Source: Eledone cirrhosa (lineage: Eukaryota). From it: a DNA stretch of 64,000 bases. Where the stretch lies: assembly GCA_964016885.1 (NCBI GenBank), contig OZ024743.1, positions 53,506,001 to 53,570,000 of the forward strand, read 5' to 3'. Below, piece by piece: positions 14,473-27,607 of the stretch. How positions within the stretch are numbered: the stretch's first letter is position 1; each line of letters begins with the position of its first letter. The notes below the pieces were generated by a model. That model was given only the letters and a program-made list of their open reading frames with translations, was not told the origin of the DNA and ran no database searches. Made by a program: the position numbers and the translations under genes.

Positions 14473-14511
14473 TACTAGCAGAAAACCACCCGGTGGGTAG
14501 TTTTCTGCTAG

Positions 14512-14823
14512 TCTATATATATAAAACTGAGGATGTCTGTCTGTGTGTGTGTGAGTTCGAATCCCTAAAACTCGAGAACCACCCAACCGACTGTTTTCAA
14601 ACTTTACACATGTAATACTTATATTTCAGGGAGTGTTCTGAGCAAAAGAAAATTAAAATTTTCAATGCCCTAGGGACCGCATTAGGCGATTTAGCGATCT
14701 CGCTCTATAATTCTTAGTCTTTCTCTTTTTAGATAGATACATACATATAACGTCGCGCCCTTGTAATATCTGTCTGTATGTCTGGCTGTCTGCATTACGT
14801 CACTTCCCTGAGGATGTGTGTGT

Positions 14824-14922
<99 letters not shown>

Positions 14923-15523
14923 TGTGAGTTTGAATCCCTAAAACTCAAGAAGTACCCAACCGATTTTTTTCAAACTTTACATGTGTATTATTTATGTTTC
15001 AGGGAGTGTTATGCACATAAAAATCAACTTTCTTTTTATCTCATAGGGCCCGCATTAGGTGGAAAAACTGCGTTTTTAAGATTTTTAGGTTTTTTTTGAG
15101 ACGTTACGTCAGACCGATTTCCTTGAAATTGTAACTATGTATTAGTCAGTCTCTTCTTCATACCGTAAGCAAAGAAAATCGAAATTTCTTTTGGCCTAGG
15201 GTCCGCATTAAGTGAAAAACTTCATTTTTTCAGCTTCTTAGGGCTTTTTCGAGGCGTTACGTCTAGCCGATTTTCCCGAAATTTCAAGGCATATTATGCA
15301 CATAAAAAAATTCATTTTCTTGATCCCCTAGGGCCCTCATTAGGTGAAAATCTGCATTTTTTCCTGCTTCATCGAGGAAACTCTTAAAGATTATCCAGCC
15401 ATCAGAGTATTCGGTTTATTTTCTTTACATATTGTCCAGGCATGCAGTTTTTCCACGATTAGGTCTGTTGGCGGCCCGCGTTCCAAAATACCTTATCCCG
15501 CGCAACGCCGGGTACCACTGCTA

Positions 15524-15524
<1 letters not shown>
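14512..15524 (+). mobile_element. Non-autonomous Helitron-like element
   Basis: 5' TCTATATATATAAAA followed by ctgt/gt microsatellite, internal duplications, 3' hairpin cccgcgcaacgccggg, then CTAG|T terminus. Confidence 0.75.
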
Positions 15525-15575
<51 letters not shown>

Positions 15576-15939
15576 GTACACACATAAACATGTACACACA
15601 ACCAAGCCCTGCCCTACAGTAGGTCCACGTACACACACACACTGGCTCATATACATTCAAACAAATACGCGCCCAATTACATCCGTGCCCACGTACATCT
15701 ACAAAGATACATACACGCATACATATATCTGTCCGTACTCAAATATGATATACTCACAGTCAATAAAACTGCATAATGGGTCGTACAGGGTCATCCATGA
15801 AAGGATGCATCTTGTTATACACATGCACAAATATAAACAATGTAACCAAATACATACATCCGTACACATACACACATATAAATAAATAAGTAAATAAAAA
15901 AATAAATAAATGTATATATATATACACGCACATACGCAT

Positions 15940-15974
<35 letters not shown>

Positions 15975-16449
15975 CACATACACACACATATATAAGTACA
16001 TACACACACATACATACACATCTATAAAAAAACAAAAAAAACCTACAATATACTAAAATATACATCTAACGTCATACATTAAAAGATGTATCTTGTACTA
16101 AACATGCACAGATATAAACATTATAATCATATACATACATCCATACACATTCACGTAACATATACATATATAACTCTCTCTACATACACATATACACATA
16201 CATAAAAACAATAAAATAAATATACAATATATTATATTAAATATAAGTATGTACACGTACATACATATATGTATACAGACGTACAGTAGTATGTATATAT
16301 ATATACATACATGTACACATATATATATGTACGTATGGATTCACCAAACATTTATTATAATGCTCGGTGTGTTTGTAAACAAACATCCCGTATTAAGCCG
16401 AAGTGTCTAGCAACCATCGTTGCTCGTTTGTTCAACACTGACAAAGGAA

Positions 16450-16490
16450 CGCTGTACTAGTTTCAAGCTTATTAGCTATCGTCAGAAACG
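16450..16490 (-). ncRNA. Minimal type-I hammerhead ribozyme
   Basis: Minus strand: cgttt CTGACGA t agct-aata-agct t GAAAC ta GTA^ cagcg. Palindromic ACTAGT stem III. The tail resembles that of the 4410 family. Confidence 0.7.
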
Positions 16491-17255
16491 TATACCTTCC
16501 TGCCAGATTGTTGAACGTATATACTTACCTTATGCATATTAACGGCTGAGTAGCTCAATTTGCATATCGAGTGGGTTAATCGGCCGGGTGCACCGAAAAC
16601 GATAAACGGAAAAAATGAAACGAAATTTCATTTCCCACTCTTAGTACGGCTGTTACTTAAATATAAGTATGTACACGTACATACATATATGTATACCGAC
16701 GTACAGTAGTATGTATATATATATATACATACATGCACACATATTATATTAAAATATGCATATAACGTCACATAGAGATTTATATATATATGAAAAAATA
16801 AAAAAAAGAGAGGAGAAAGAAGAAGGTACGTGTATGCGTATGATATAGTACATATGGGGAGTATGAGATGCACACTTAGGTCTGTATACGGAACAAATAA
16901 TATGTGTTCCAAAATGGAACACGTGGAGAGTATGTATTCACGATTGAAAAGGTACACATGCATGGGGGTGCGTAGCCCGGTCATATTGGAGTATGTCACT
17001 GTGGTTGAGGTATGTTGTCCTAAAGGTGTAAGGTATTTGACTGAAAGACCGTGGAATCCAGGTCAACCAGCCCCAGCTCAGGCGATGTTCCTGCCTATGT
17101 ATGCGTGTATGTATCTTTGTAGATGTACGTGGGCACGGAGGTAATTGGGCACGTATTTGTTTAAATGTATATGAGCCAGTGTGTGTGTGTACGTTCACTT
17201 ACTGTAGGTTAGGGCTTGGTCGTGTTTACATTTATGTGTGTGTACATATACATAC

Positions 17256-17298
<43 letters not shown>

Positions 17299-17519
17299 GG
17301 AGCGAGTCTGTCTTTGTGCCTCTACATACGGACACGTGTGTGTATGTGCGTGTGCGTGTCTATGTATATGTCTGTACTCTCAGTCGCTTCACGCCATGAA
17401 ACAGGGATAAGCACCGGCCAAATGAGTCTTCTGGCTTAAGACAGATCTGTGACTTATTTTAGATATATATATATATATACATACATATATATCTAAAATA
17501 AGTCATATATATATTGTAT

Positions 17520-17862
17520 GCCCTTTGTGTTTGTGTAGCCTATGCGCACCCTCTGCACCATACTATCGACGCCACCCATCTATGGTTCAGCTAACCACCC
17601 GACTCCCGGGAATGAATATGACCGCAGCTAGTAAACAAGGACCCACACCCCACCCTCTCGCACCAAAATTAGACTTATCGTCCCCTACTTTTGCTCTTTA
17701 CTCTCTTTACTCTTTGTTCTTGAATGTTTGGTTGGTAGAGTCCATAACACCAATCAAACCCCTTTTATAGCTCTGACGAATCCTACGGTTACGTAAGGAA
17801 GAAACATTGTAAGCCAATAAAAATCTTTTGATGTTGTAGACGCTCTTGTGTTCTTTTTCATA
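17520..17862 (+). mobile_element. 3'-terminal fragment of a PLE between (TA)n tracts
   Basis: Peptide ...QLTTRLPGMN resembles the GIY-YIG C-terminal L.T..P.G(L/M)N motif. It is followed by a hammerhead and a short tail. Confidence 0.55.
17763..17822 (+). ncRNA. Type-I hammerhead ribozyme
   Basis: tagct CTGACGA a tcct-acg-gtta-cgt-a-agga a GAAAC att GTA^ agcca. Confidence 0.7.
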
Positions 17863-17932
17863 CATATATATATATTTTTTAAAATAACAGATTAAAGTTA
17901 AAGTATGTATGTATATCTGTGTGTGTGTACTT

Positions 17933-18011
<79 letters not shown>

Positions 18012-18030
18012 GTGGTTTTCTATATTGTAT

Positions 18031-19381
18031 TCAGGAATTGCAAGCATGGTGTTTACATCTACTATCGAATCTCTGGTCGCATATTTAACATCAAGCGCTT
18101 TGCTGCAAAAACAAAAGTATTTACCTGTATCATAAGAGACCTCTTGTATGCAGATGATTGCGATCTTGTAGCGCACACAGATTGATATGCAGCACATTTT
18201 GAATGCACTTTCCGATGCTTACACTGCCCTAGGATTGACTGTCAGTCTCAAGAAGACCGTTGTCATGTACCAACTTCTCTTTAGTAAGCAGCACAATGAA
18301 CCAAATATCTTTGTTAAACGACTTGGAGTGGTTGATCAGTTTGTCTACCTGAGAAGCACTGTCAATCGAAACAGCGATCTTGATAATGAGATTCCACGCA
18401 GGATTAGGAAAGCAAGTGATGTTTTCGGAAAGCTAGAAAGGCGCCTCTGGGGTCGGTGAGACATATACAAGAAGACAAAGGTAAAGGTGTACAAGGCATG
18501 TGTGCTCTCTTCTCTTCTATATGCCAGCGAGACCTGGGTCACATATCGACACCACCTTAAACAGTTGGAACGTTTCCATCAGATGTGTCTCAGGCGGTTC
18601 CGTAGCGTTCACATCAGTGATGTCGAGATTTTGGAAAGCTCTCTGTGTGAAAGCATAGAAGCTCTTGTGTTTAAGTAAAGACTCCGATGGTCACCTGCCA
18701 GGATGAAGGATTCTAGGATACCAAAACAAGTCTTTATGGAGAGTTAGTTAAAGGAAAGCAACCTCCACATAAAGCAAAAAAGAGGTATAAGGATTCGTTG
18801 ACAGCCTCCTTGAAAGACACTAACATCTCTGCTGATAAATGCGAAAGCGTAGCTGCTGAACGTAATAAATGGAGAAAGACTGTATATGAGGGGAAGGTTG
18901 CTTTTGAAGCATCTAGAATCGCATACGAGAAAGTAAAAAGGGATGTCAGGAATGGCATTGCTGTTACATTTCCGGACAGCAAAGGTCCTCCTATGGCGTT
19001 GACATGCAGCGTCTGTGCAAGACTCTGCCTCAGCAAAGCTGGACTCAAAAGGAATCTTCGCAGTCATAAAGTGAGACCAGTGGGTGACTACAAGGCTGCT
19101 GTCGGAGATGCTACTCATCAAGCCTGTCATCACGTGGAAAAGAGTGTAGATCAGCAGGAGGGCTCAAACGACATGCAAAAATACACGAAGTCCAACCACA
19201 GCCGGGTAATGTCAGTGAATGTTTTTATCATGATTGCCAACTCTGTGCAAGACATTTTAGATCATTGGCTTGGCTAAAAAGCCACATTCGATTGCAGCAC
19301 CGTTAATTATTAATATATATGTATGTTCTTTTTTTTTTGTCGTACAATGGCCATACTCGAAAACAAGGGGGCAGCCATCAT
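18031..19381 (+). mobile_element. 5'-truncated RTE-clade LINE (RT C-terminal half plus three C2H2 fingers), disrupted
   Basis: RDLLYADDCDL, GLTVSLKKTVVM, YKACVLSSLLYASETW, ERFHQMCLRR, YGEL. C-terminal CSVC..GLKRNLRSH, GKEC..GLKRHAKIH and CQLC..LKSHIRLQH. Confidence 0.9.
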
Positions 19382-19460
19382 ATATATATACAGTATATAT
19401 ATATATATATATATAGTGACGAAACATAAGTCAATTGCATGAACTCATAATCCTTTATTT

Positions 19461-19516
19461 ACTGCTATATATATTTCGATGATAGCCATTGAATGGCTAT
19501 GACCTCATCAGGCAGT
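19461..19516 (-). ncRNA. Type-I hammerhead ribozyme
   Basis: Minus strand: actgc CTGATGA ggtc-atagccat-tca-atggctat-catc GAAA tatat ATA^ gcagt. The same tail recurs at ~52667-52713. Confidence 0.85.
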
Positions 19517-20152
19517 TAGTCAGTTCTTAGATATGCCAGCTCTGTGTTTATAGTGTTGATGGTATCAGAGCCTTGGGACATATGAGCTTGTTAGGAATAA
19601 TTTAATGTTGTCAGCAGGAATAATCTTAATTCTCATTGGTCAGTTTGTAGATGGTAGTAGGTTGGTATTTGACCTCAAAGAGGCAGGTGGTGTTGTAAAG
19701 CTGAAACCATCAGGCAAGATGACAATAGTGCCATATGACTGATTTTCACAAAAAGCATTCCTGGTCAGATATATATTCAATTGGGGTTTATAGTATGAAA
19801 TTCGATACTACAGGTCATTCTTACATTGAGGAATTTATGTAGGGTGGTACTACTGAAAATTATGGTTAGAGTAGAATCCTAGAAAATTTATATATAAAAA
19901 GACTTAAGTTGGTTGACTTGCACATACATTCACCCCCCCCCCCCCCCACACACACACACATCCAGACATACAAATTGAGGAATTTATGTGGGGTGATAAT
20001 ACTGAAAATTATGGTAAGGGTCAAATACTTAGAGAGTTTAGAAATAAAAAGACCTATGTTAGTTGACTTGTACATACACTCACACCTACCCCCTCACACA
20101 CACACACACATCTACACACACAAATCCATACAGGAGTGTATATATATATATG

Positions 20153-20229
<77 letters not shown>

Positions 20230-20280
20230 ATATATAGATATATAGATATATATATATATATATATTTATAAAACCATATT

Positions 20281-20341
20281 TATTCTATTATATATATTTC
20301 AAGGGTACCAAAACTTTGGTACGCTCTCTTCAAATAAAATA
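20281..20341 (-). ncRNA. Type-I hammerhead motif (C3U variant or decayed)
   Basis: Minus strand: tattttat TTGAAGA gagcgtacc-aaagtttt-ggtaccctt GAAA tatat ATA^ atagaata. Confidence 0.6.
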
Positions 20342-20503
20342 CAAAGTTTGTTTTAGAAATATTGACATAACCAGGAATAGGATCTTAGTTTCCATTTATT
20401 TAATATCATTGAATATTATACCCCAGAAAACTTATTGAGTGCTTTGAATCAGTTATAGACATTTATATTTGTTGAATTACCAACAAATTAAATATCCTTT
20501 TTG

Positions 20504-20544
<41 letters not shown>

Positions 20545-20560
20545 TAAAATAACAGATTAA

Positions 20561-20611
20561 AGTTTAAGCAAAGAATCGCTGCTTTCACCCTTAACGGGAT
20601 CTTCTGAAACT
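20561..20611 (-). ncRNA. Hammerhead-like motif with CAGAAGA core
   Basis: Minus strand: agttt CAGAAGA t ccc-gttaa-ggg t GAAA gca-gcgattctt-tg CTT^ aaact. The same core occurs at 52997 and 55186. Confidence 0.6.
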
Positions 20612-20737
20612 AACAAAGTCAATCTGTACACGCAGAAGTGGATATTTCAAAAAACGTTGCAACCGGAGGAAGACAGGAAGACGATACTTTGGTTCGTGGA
20701 AACGTTCGCTGGATTTTAGTCTTCAAATTTATTATTA

Positions 20738-21515
<778 letters not shown>

Positions 21516-21516
21516 G

Positions 21517-21555
<39 letters not shown>

Positions 21556-21796
21556 GTGTGTGTGTGTATTTATATATATATATGTGTATGTATTTATAAA
21601 TACACACACACACACACACACATACATATAAGGAGAGAGAAAGATACAGATATGTATAATGATATAGTCGTTTGTGGATATACATTCTTGTGTATATATA
21701 CTTATTTCTCTCTTACTACAACTCTATATTTCTATGTGTGTGAATTTTGTGTGTGCACTCTTGTGCTTGTATAACTGTGGGTGTATGTATGTGTGA

Positions 21797-21873
<77 letters not shown>

Positions 21874-22110
21874 CAGCGATGACAGCTAGGTGTAGCTGTT
21901 GTCAATTATGACAACCTGCTGCATGCACTAAGTTGTAACTCCACGACTATACCCAACGCCCCGTCATAGCAGTCTAAAGATGTCATATTATTATGGTCTT
22001 GCTGACAGACGGTGACTTACCTCTACACTTCCCCCCTTAAAAAACATTCCGATCTCTTTCTCTCTCTTTCGTCATTAACTTTTCTTTATTTTTTTTCTCT
22101 CTTTCGTCCT

Positions 22111-22194
<84 letters not shown>

Positions 22195-22557
22195 AACACT
22201 TGTTGACTGCTATTCTGTATTGGGTTGGTGAATCAAGTATTGAATACATATTACGGTGTTTTGACAGAACCATTAGTGCCTTTTTAATGTTATGAGTTCA
22301 AATCCTTCTCAGGTCGACTTTGTCTTTCATCCTTTCGAGGTCGATAAGATAAAGTACTAATAAAATACTGAAGTCGATTCTTCCTCTATATCTCTTTCTC
22401 ACTTCATTTCTCTCTCTCCCTCTTACTCTTTTTCTCTATCCATCGAAGAAATTCGGAGATTGATGTGCTCCGCCCAAGAAACCGTGTCACTATGGCGACC
22501 TATGACTCCATTAGGAATTACGGGTTTATGCGTGCATACATACATACAACACACACG

Positions 22558-22657
<100 letters not shown>

Positions 22658-22692
22658 ACGTCTTAATCCTTTAGCATTTACATTACTCTCCG

Positions 22693-22878
22693 GTGGATTG
22701 GCAGTATCGGTAGAGGGTCGGACGCCATGCTTTGACGTATAGAGTTACGGCCCTTGCCATTCTGAGTTCAAATCCCGCCGAGGTTAACTTTGCCTTTCAT
22801 CCTTACGGGGTCGATAAAATAAAGTACCAGTAATACACTGGGTAATTGCTGGCCTTGTGCCTAAAGTAGAAACAATTA
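22693..22878 (+). mobile_element. SINE family A, apparently inserted in a TTAA-type MITE remnant (~22663-23065)
   Basis: Full SINE consensus. The flank starts ttaatcctttagcattt. Confidence 0.8.
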
Positions 22879-23268
22879 CTCTCTATATACTATTGTATTT
22901 ACATGGTAAACACTTCATAACATCGAATATATGAGATTTTGATATTATTTATTTTGAGAACAATACCTTAACATCAGTATGAGTGGCCAGTTAAAGCTTG
23001 TTTGAACAGAAATAGATGAGAGAATCTGGCCGGATATGGCCAGTTTAAGCATTTAAGAGCCAACGGCATAAAATGGATATTTGTAGTACATCCATACTGC
23101 CTATAATGGTCATATTTTCGAAGCGAGACCGATAAATGTTTTTTTGGTTACACATGGAGAAAATGGGAGAAAAAGGAGGGGCAGAGCGAGAACTACTAGA
23201 TGGAAGAAATGGTGCTTTATTTTTCTGTGTTTAACCAAATAAAACTAGTTTCTCACTGGCAGAGGTAT

Positions 23269-23311
23269 ACAGTCCTGATGAAGGGTAATGACCCAGAAAC
23301 ATGTTGATTGT
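23269..23311 (+). ncRNA. Minimal type-I hammerhead ribozyme (second copy of the 4410 family)
   Basis: acagtc CTGATGA a gggt-aatg-accc a GAAAC at GTT^ gattgt, with the shared ~130-bp downstream tail. Confidence 0.85.
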
Positions 23312-23494
23312 TCCTCAAAGCCAGTGTTGAACATTCAGGTGACTATCGGTTACCGACACGGCACAGCTTCAAATCGGGCCAACTGTTTACAAACGAATCG
23401 AAGATTAATTACTATTAATGTTCGATATAGCCCATACGTACGTATGTATATATGTGTATGTATGTATATATACATATATATGTACGTGTGCATA

Positions 23495-23558
<64 letters not shown>

Positions 23559-23679
23559 TGTATTTATTTATTGAATGTAATATATATAATTTCCATCGGG
23601 TATTGACACATACATACACATTCTCTCTCTCTCTCTCTCTCTCGCTCTCTCTCTATCTATTATCACGCAGAAGTGGTAG

Positions 23680-24852
23680 GACAGCCAGGATTATTTTGTT
23701 TGTGTATTTTGGGGAGGAAGTAGATGGTGGGTGTGGGAGGGGTGCGTACACTAAGGTTGGTGGCTGTGGGGGGTAGGAGAGAGGAGGAGATGAGCTCGTG
23801 GATGGTGGAGGACACGAGTTGTTGGTAGCCAGGTATGGGGTCGGAGGATAAAGGGTGGTAAAAAAGGGTATTGTGAAGCTGGCGGAGAGCCTCAGCCCTT
23901 TAGAGGTCATCGCTCCAAACCACCACAGCGCCACCTTTGTCAGCGGGTTTGATGACAATGTCATCGCGACGCCGAAGGTTGCGAAGAGCCGAGAGCTCAG
24001 TCTGCGTGATGTTAGAGCGACGAGAATGTTGGTGGAAACGGAACCGATTCACAGTACGCCGGCAAGTATCGACAAAAGCGTCGAGGGTGCTGAACTGTCC
24101 AGTTGCTCGGCGTCCAATGTGATTGCCGACGACTGAGACGAGTGAAGTCATCCGTCTGTGTCGTGATGGCGTGTTATGATTCTCTTCTTGGACTCAACTC
24201 AGCTCCCCAATTTCTCTAATACCCCGACCATTATCACACCCCTAGATTCCTATCGCTTTCTCTTGATCATTAGCAGCTTCTCTTACAACTAATAAATGCC
24301 AACTATATGTGCTGACTCCACTTTTCCCTTCACTGCTCTGTACACACACATACACACCCTTGTATTAACATACTTTTGCTCATAGCTTCGTACTTACATG
24401 CACACATCACTCTTTTACTCACATATACACACACATTTCTTCTTAGCTTCGTACGGACGTATAATAACCCCCCCCCCCACACACACACACACCACATACA
24501 TGGTTTACACGTGCTCAAGTATAGCTCTTTTTACAAAACGTTTTTTTTTCCATTTCAGGTAGACGCGCTCCATCATCCACTTTTCTAAAAAATAAATCAT
24601 ACACAAAACGCCAGCACCAACAGTTTTGCAAGAGATGTCAACATGAACGGAACTGTTATTTTTATCTAAAGACATTTTTTCCAATTCCATCCCGCCCGTC
24701 CCCTCAATCTATTTTATTTCTCATTCTTTCTTCTGATGAAGGACTAGCGTCCGAAACGTTAAGAACCTCTTCCTGCTATATCAAGCGTTAACCTAATATA
24801 TACCTTTCATATACTGTACCGATTGTGTTGTTATTTCTGTTTATCTTTTACA
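23680..24852 (+). mobile_element. Truncated copy of the Neptune-type PLE with an inverted 5' segment
   Basis: 23680-24165 matches the RT region at ~33000-33470 (coding on minus: IKPADKGGAVVVW). 24180-24852 is the reverse complement of 30865-31515 (3' UTR and hammerhead on plus). Confidence 0.85.
24728..24765 (+). ncRNA. Minimal type-I hammerhead ribozyme in the PLE terminal repeat
   Basis: ttctt CTGATGA a ggac-tagc-gtcc GAAAC GTT^ aagaa. The palindromic AACGTT stem III is typical of dimer-cleaving PLE hammerheads. Confidence 0.85.
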
Positions 24853-24967
24853 TATATATATATTAGAATAATAGATTAAAGTATTATATATATTTATATA
24901 TCGATCCTTATGGAGCCCTCTTCGGATTTTAGCCTTCACATTTATTATTATTACTATATAAAGTGCG

Positions 24968-25155
24968 ATGGAATGGCTGTATAGGTAGAGGGTCGGACGC
25001 CATGCTTTGACGCATAGAGTTACGGTCCTTGCCATTCTGAGTTCAAATCCCGCCGAGGGTAACTTTGCCTTTCATCCTTACGGTGTCGATAAAATAAAGT
25101 ACCAGTAATGCACTGAGTAATTGCTGGCCTTGTGCCAAAAGTAGAAACAATTATT
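24968..25155 (+). mobile_element. SINE family A
   Basis: Full consensus match to the 22693 copy. Confidence 0.85.
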
Positions 25156-25156
25156 A

Positions 25157-25192
<36 letters not shown>

Positions 25193-25363
25193 GTATGTAT
25201 ATATAAATATATGTATGTATGCATGTATGTATGTATGTGGCCTGCTTACGCGTGCAAGTGCACCATTTCAAAATTGCTGTTATTAATCTCTTTATTTTTA
25301 CGTTTTCATTCATGGGAACATTTTCATTTCATTTCAAATTCAGCTTTGAATGTAAAACAACAC

Positions 25364-25399
<36 letters not shown>

Positions 25400-25420
25400 A
25401 CACACACACACACATACGCG

Positions 25421-25466
<46 letters not shown>

Positions 25467-26181
25467 GAAAGAAAGAAAGAAAATAAATATAATAAAAAAA
25501 TAATATTTTTGAAAATATTTTTAAAATGTACGTAGGAAATATAAACCCAATCAAAACTTAACAATAACTATTCCCCCTTCTCTACTTTTACTGACATTTT
25601 CCTACACCGTATCTAACCCCTGTTGACTCCATTTTAACCTCGTTGTTACGACATATTTATCTTTTAGTTTTAAAACTTTCCCACATTTGTACAACAGCGA
25701 TATTTTTCTGTTTAAAGAGCAGCCATGTTGGTTGTTGGTTGCTCGTTGCACTTTGTGCCAACGCCTGGATATATAGCGCCCTACACTTGCTCTACAGCGT
25801 ACACCCCTTCCCCAATTATTTGCCCCATTCTTCTAAAATAAAATATTTTAAACTTGATAAAATAACCAACGTATAGTTTCGCAAGCTGATGAACCTAGTT
25901 TTTGACACTTCTTGCTTTGACCACACACAGAAAATTACTAAGCCGGTATTTTCCACTACACAGTCCAAACTTATTTACTTATGTCAAATCACAAGCACTA
26001 AATTGATCACAATAAGCGGCTTTCACTGTATGTGAGTTTAAATAGCCATCACAGAATATATAGTGATGATGAATCGAAGACTTTGTTGCTTTAGTGTTTT
26101 CCTGTTAACTAAATCAACTTCAACTTTATCAGTCTTTACTAACAGTCATTAGATGTTCTAAGGCTCAGTCCGACTTCTTAA

Positions 26182-26412
26182 CTCTTTTGCTACCATATTT
26201 CAAATGAAAGTTACTGCCAATGCATTTCAATTAATTTTGAAATAAAAACAAATTAAGGAATTTAGTAAAATATTTCAGCATCTCATTATTAATCTGATGT
26301 TTAGAGCATTATTAACAAACTGTCTTAAATAAAATTATAATGTAAAGTTTTAATACAGGCAGTTTTGTATCATAGAACCATGGGCGGTTTCAGGGGGTTG
26401 GTATCAAAAGTG
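26182..26412. mobile_element. piggyBac-type MITE
   Basis: TTAA|ctcttttgctacc ... ggtatcaaaagtg|TTAA (TTAA duplication, imperfect TIRs). Confidence 0.65.
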
Positions 26413-26504
26413 TTAACCCGAAAACACCAACCCATCAAAAACCGTCTCTTAAAGTGTTCAAATTCAAATTCAAAGCTTGGACTAAAATATTATCATTATT
26501 ACAT

Positions 26505-26825
26505 GATATTACATGATATTTCATCCTTACGGGGTCGATAAAATAAAGTACCAGTAATGCACTGGGTAATTGCTGGCCTTGTGCCTAACGTAGAAATAGT
26601 TATTACATGATATTAACTTTGCCTTTCATCCTTACGGGCTCGATAAAATAAAGTACCAGTAATGCACTGGGTAATTGCTGGCCTTGTGCCTAACGTAGAA
26701 ACAATTATTACACGATATTAACTTTGCTTTTCATCCTTACGGGGTCGATAAAATAAAGTACCAGTAATACACTGGGATAATTTCTGGCCTTGTGCCAAAA
26801 GTAGAAACAATTACTACATGATATT
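26505..26825 (+). repeat. Three tandem ~105-bp copies of the SINE-A 3' half
   Basis: Unit acatgatatt(aactttgcctt)tcatccttacggggtcgataaaataaagtacc...gtagaaacaattatt x3. Confidence 0.85.
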
Positions 26826-26879
26826 AGATTTCAGTAGTTAAGTATTTGTCTTTTATTTATTAGGTTGAAAGTAGAGGGC

Positions 26880-27243
26880 GCTGGATTGGTAAAATCGCTA
26901 GAGCGTCGGACACTCTGCTTCGCGGCATAGAGTTACGGTCCTTTACGTTCTGAGTTCAAATTCTGCCGAGATTAGCTTTGCTTTTCATCCATACGGGGTC
27001 GATGAAATAAAGTACCAGTAACGTACTCAGCTCGATTTAATCGGCTTTCCTTTGCCTCTAAATTGTTGGCCTTGTACCTATAGCAGAAATCATTATTGTT
27101 ATCACTTTATAAATGGCGGTGGATTGGCAGTATCACTGGAGTATCGGACAATGCTTGCCACATTCAGTACGTCTCTTTATGTTTTGCGTTTACATCCCGC
27201 CGAAGTCGGTAGAATAATGTACCAATCAAACACTGGGGTCGAT
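26880..27243 (+). mobile_element. Two adjacent older SINE-A-related copies
   Basis: B-box gttcaaattc and tcatcc..cggggtcgat..aataaagtacc. The second copy is interrupted by a MITE. Confidence 0.65.
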
Positions 27244-27246
27244 ATA

Positions 27247-27607
27247 CTCTCAGGCCTCGATTAATCCTCCCCACTCCCGCTTATTAATTTTTGAAATTTT
27301 TTCCACCACCTCACGCTTATTAAATTTTGCTAATCTATCACCGGCGAAATTTTATTTTAAATGGTATCATTCCTGCGACAATTAATTTTCTTTAGATATT
27401 AAAAAAACATCATACATTACAAAACAAAAAAGTACATTACTAGAAATCCCATACGTTATAAAATAAATAGGATGGGTTGGGGGTCTCAATATGTAAACTA
27501 AACGACTGATTATGGTTTTAAAAAATCAACGGAGATTTTCCAACCCCCTTGTTTATTCCCTCTCGCATTGCTTATGCCAACTCCCCCGCTTATTTGGGGC
27601 ACCTGAG
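27247..27607 (+). mobile_element. TA-flanked MITE (Tc1/mariner-type) inserted in a SINE
   Basis: TA|ctctcagg...cctgag|TA. The SINE sequence resumes after it. Homologous to 28775-29181, 59840-60000 and 62505-62789. Confidence 0.75.

Noticed and set aside
25886-25915. ctgatga motif (also 40099 and 9519 minus)
   Set aside because: No properly placed GAAA or stems.
26505-26825. Regularly spaced repeats resembling a CRISPR array
   Set aside because: The units are whole tandem SINE fragments with no unique spacers, in a eukaryotic context.
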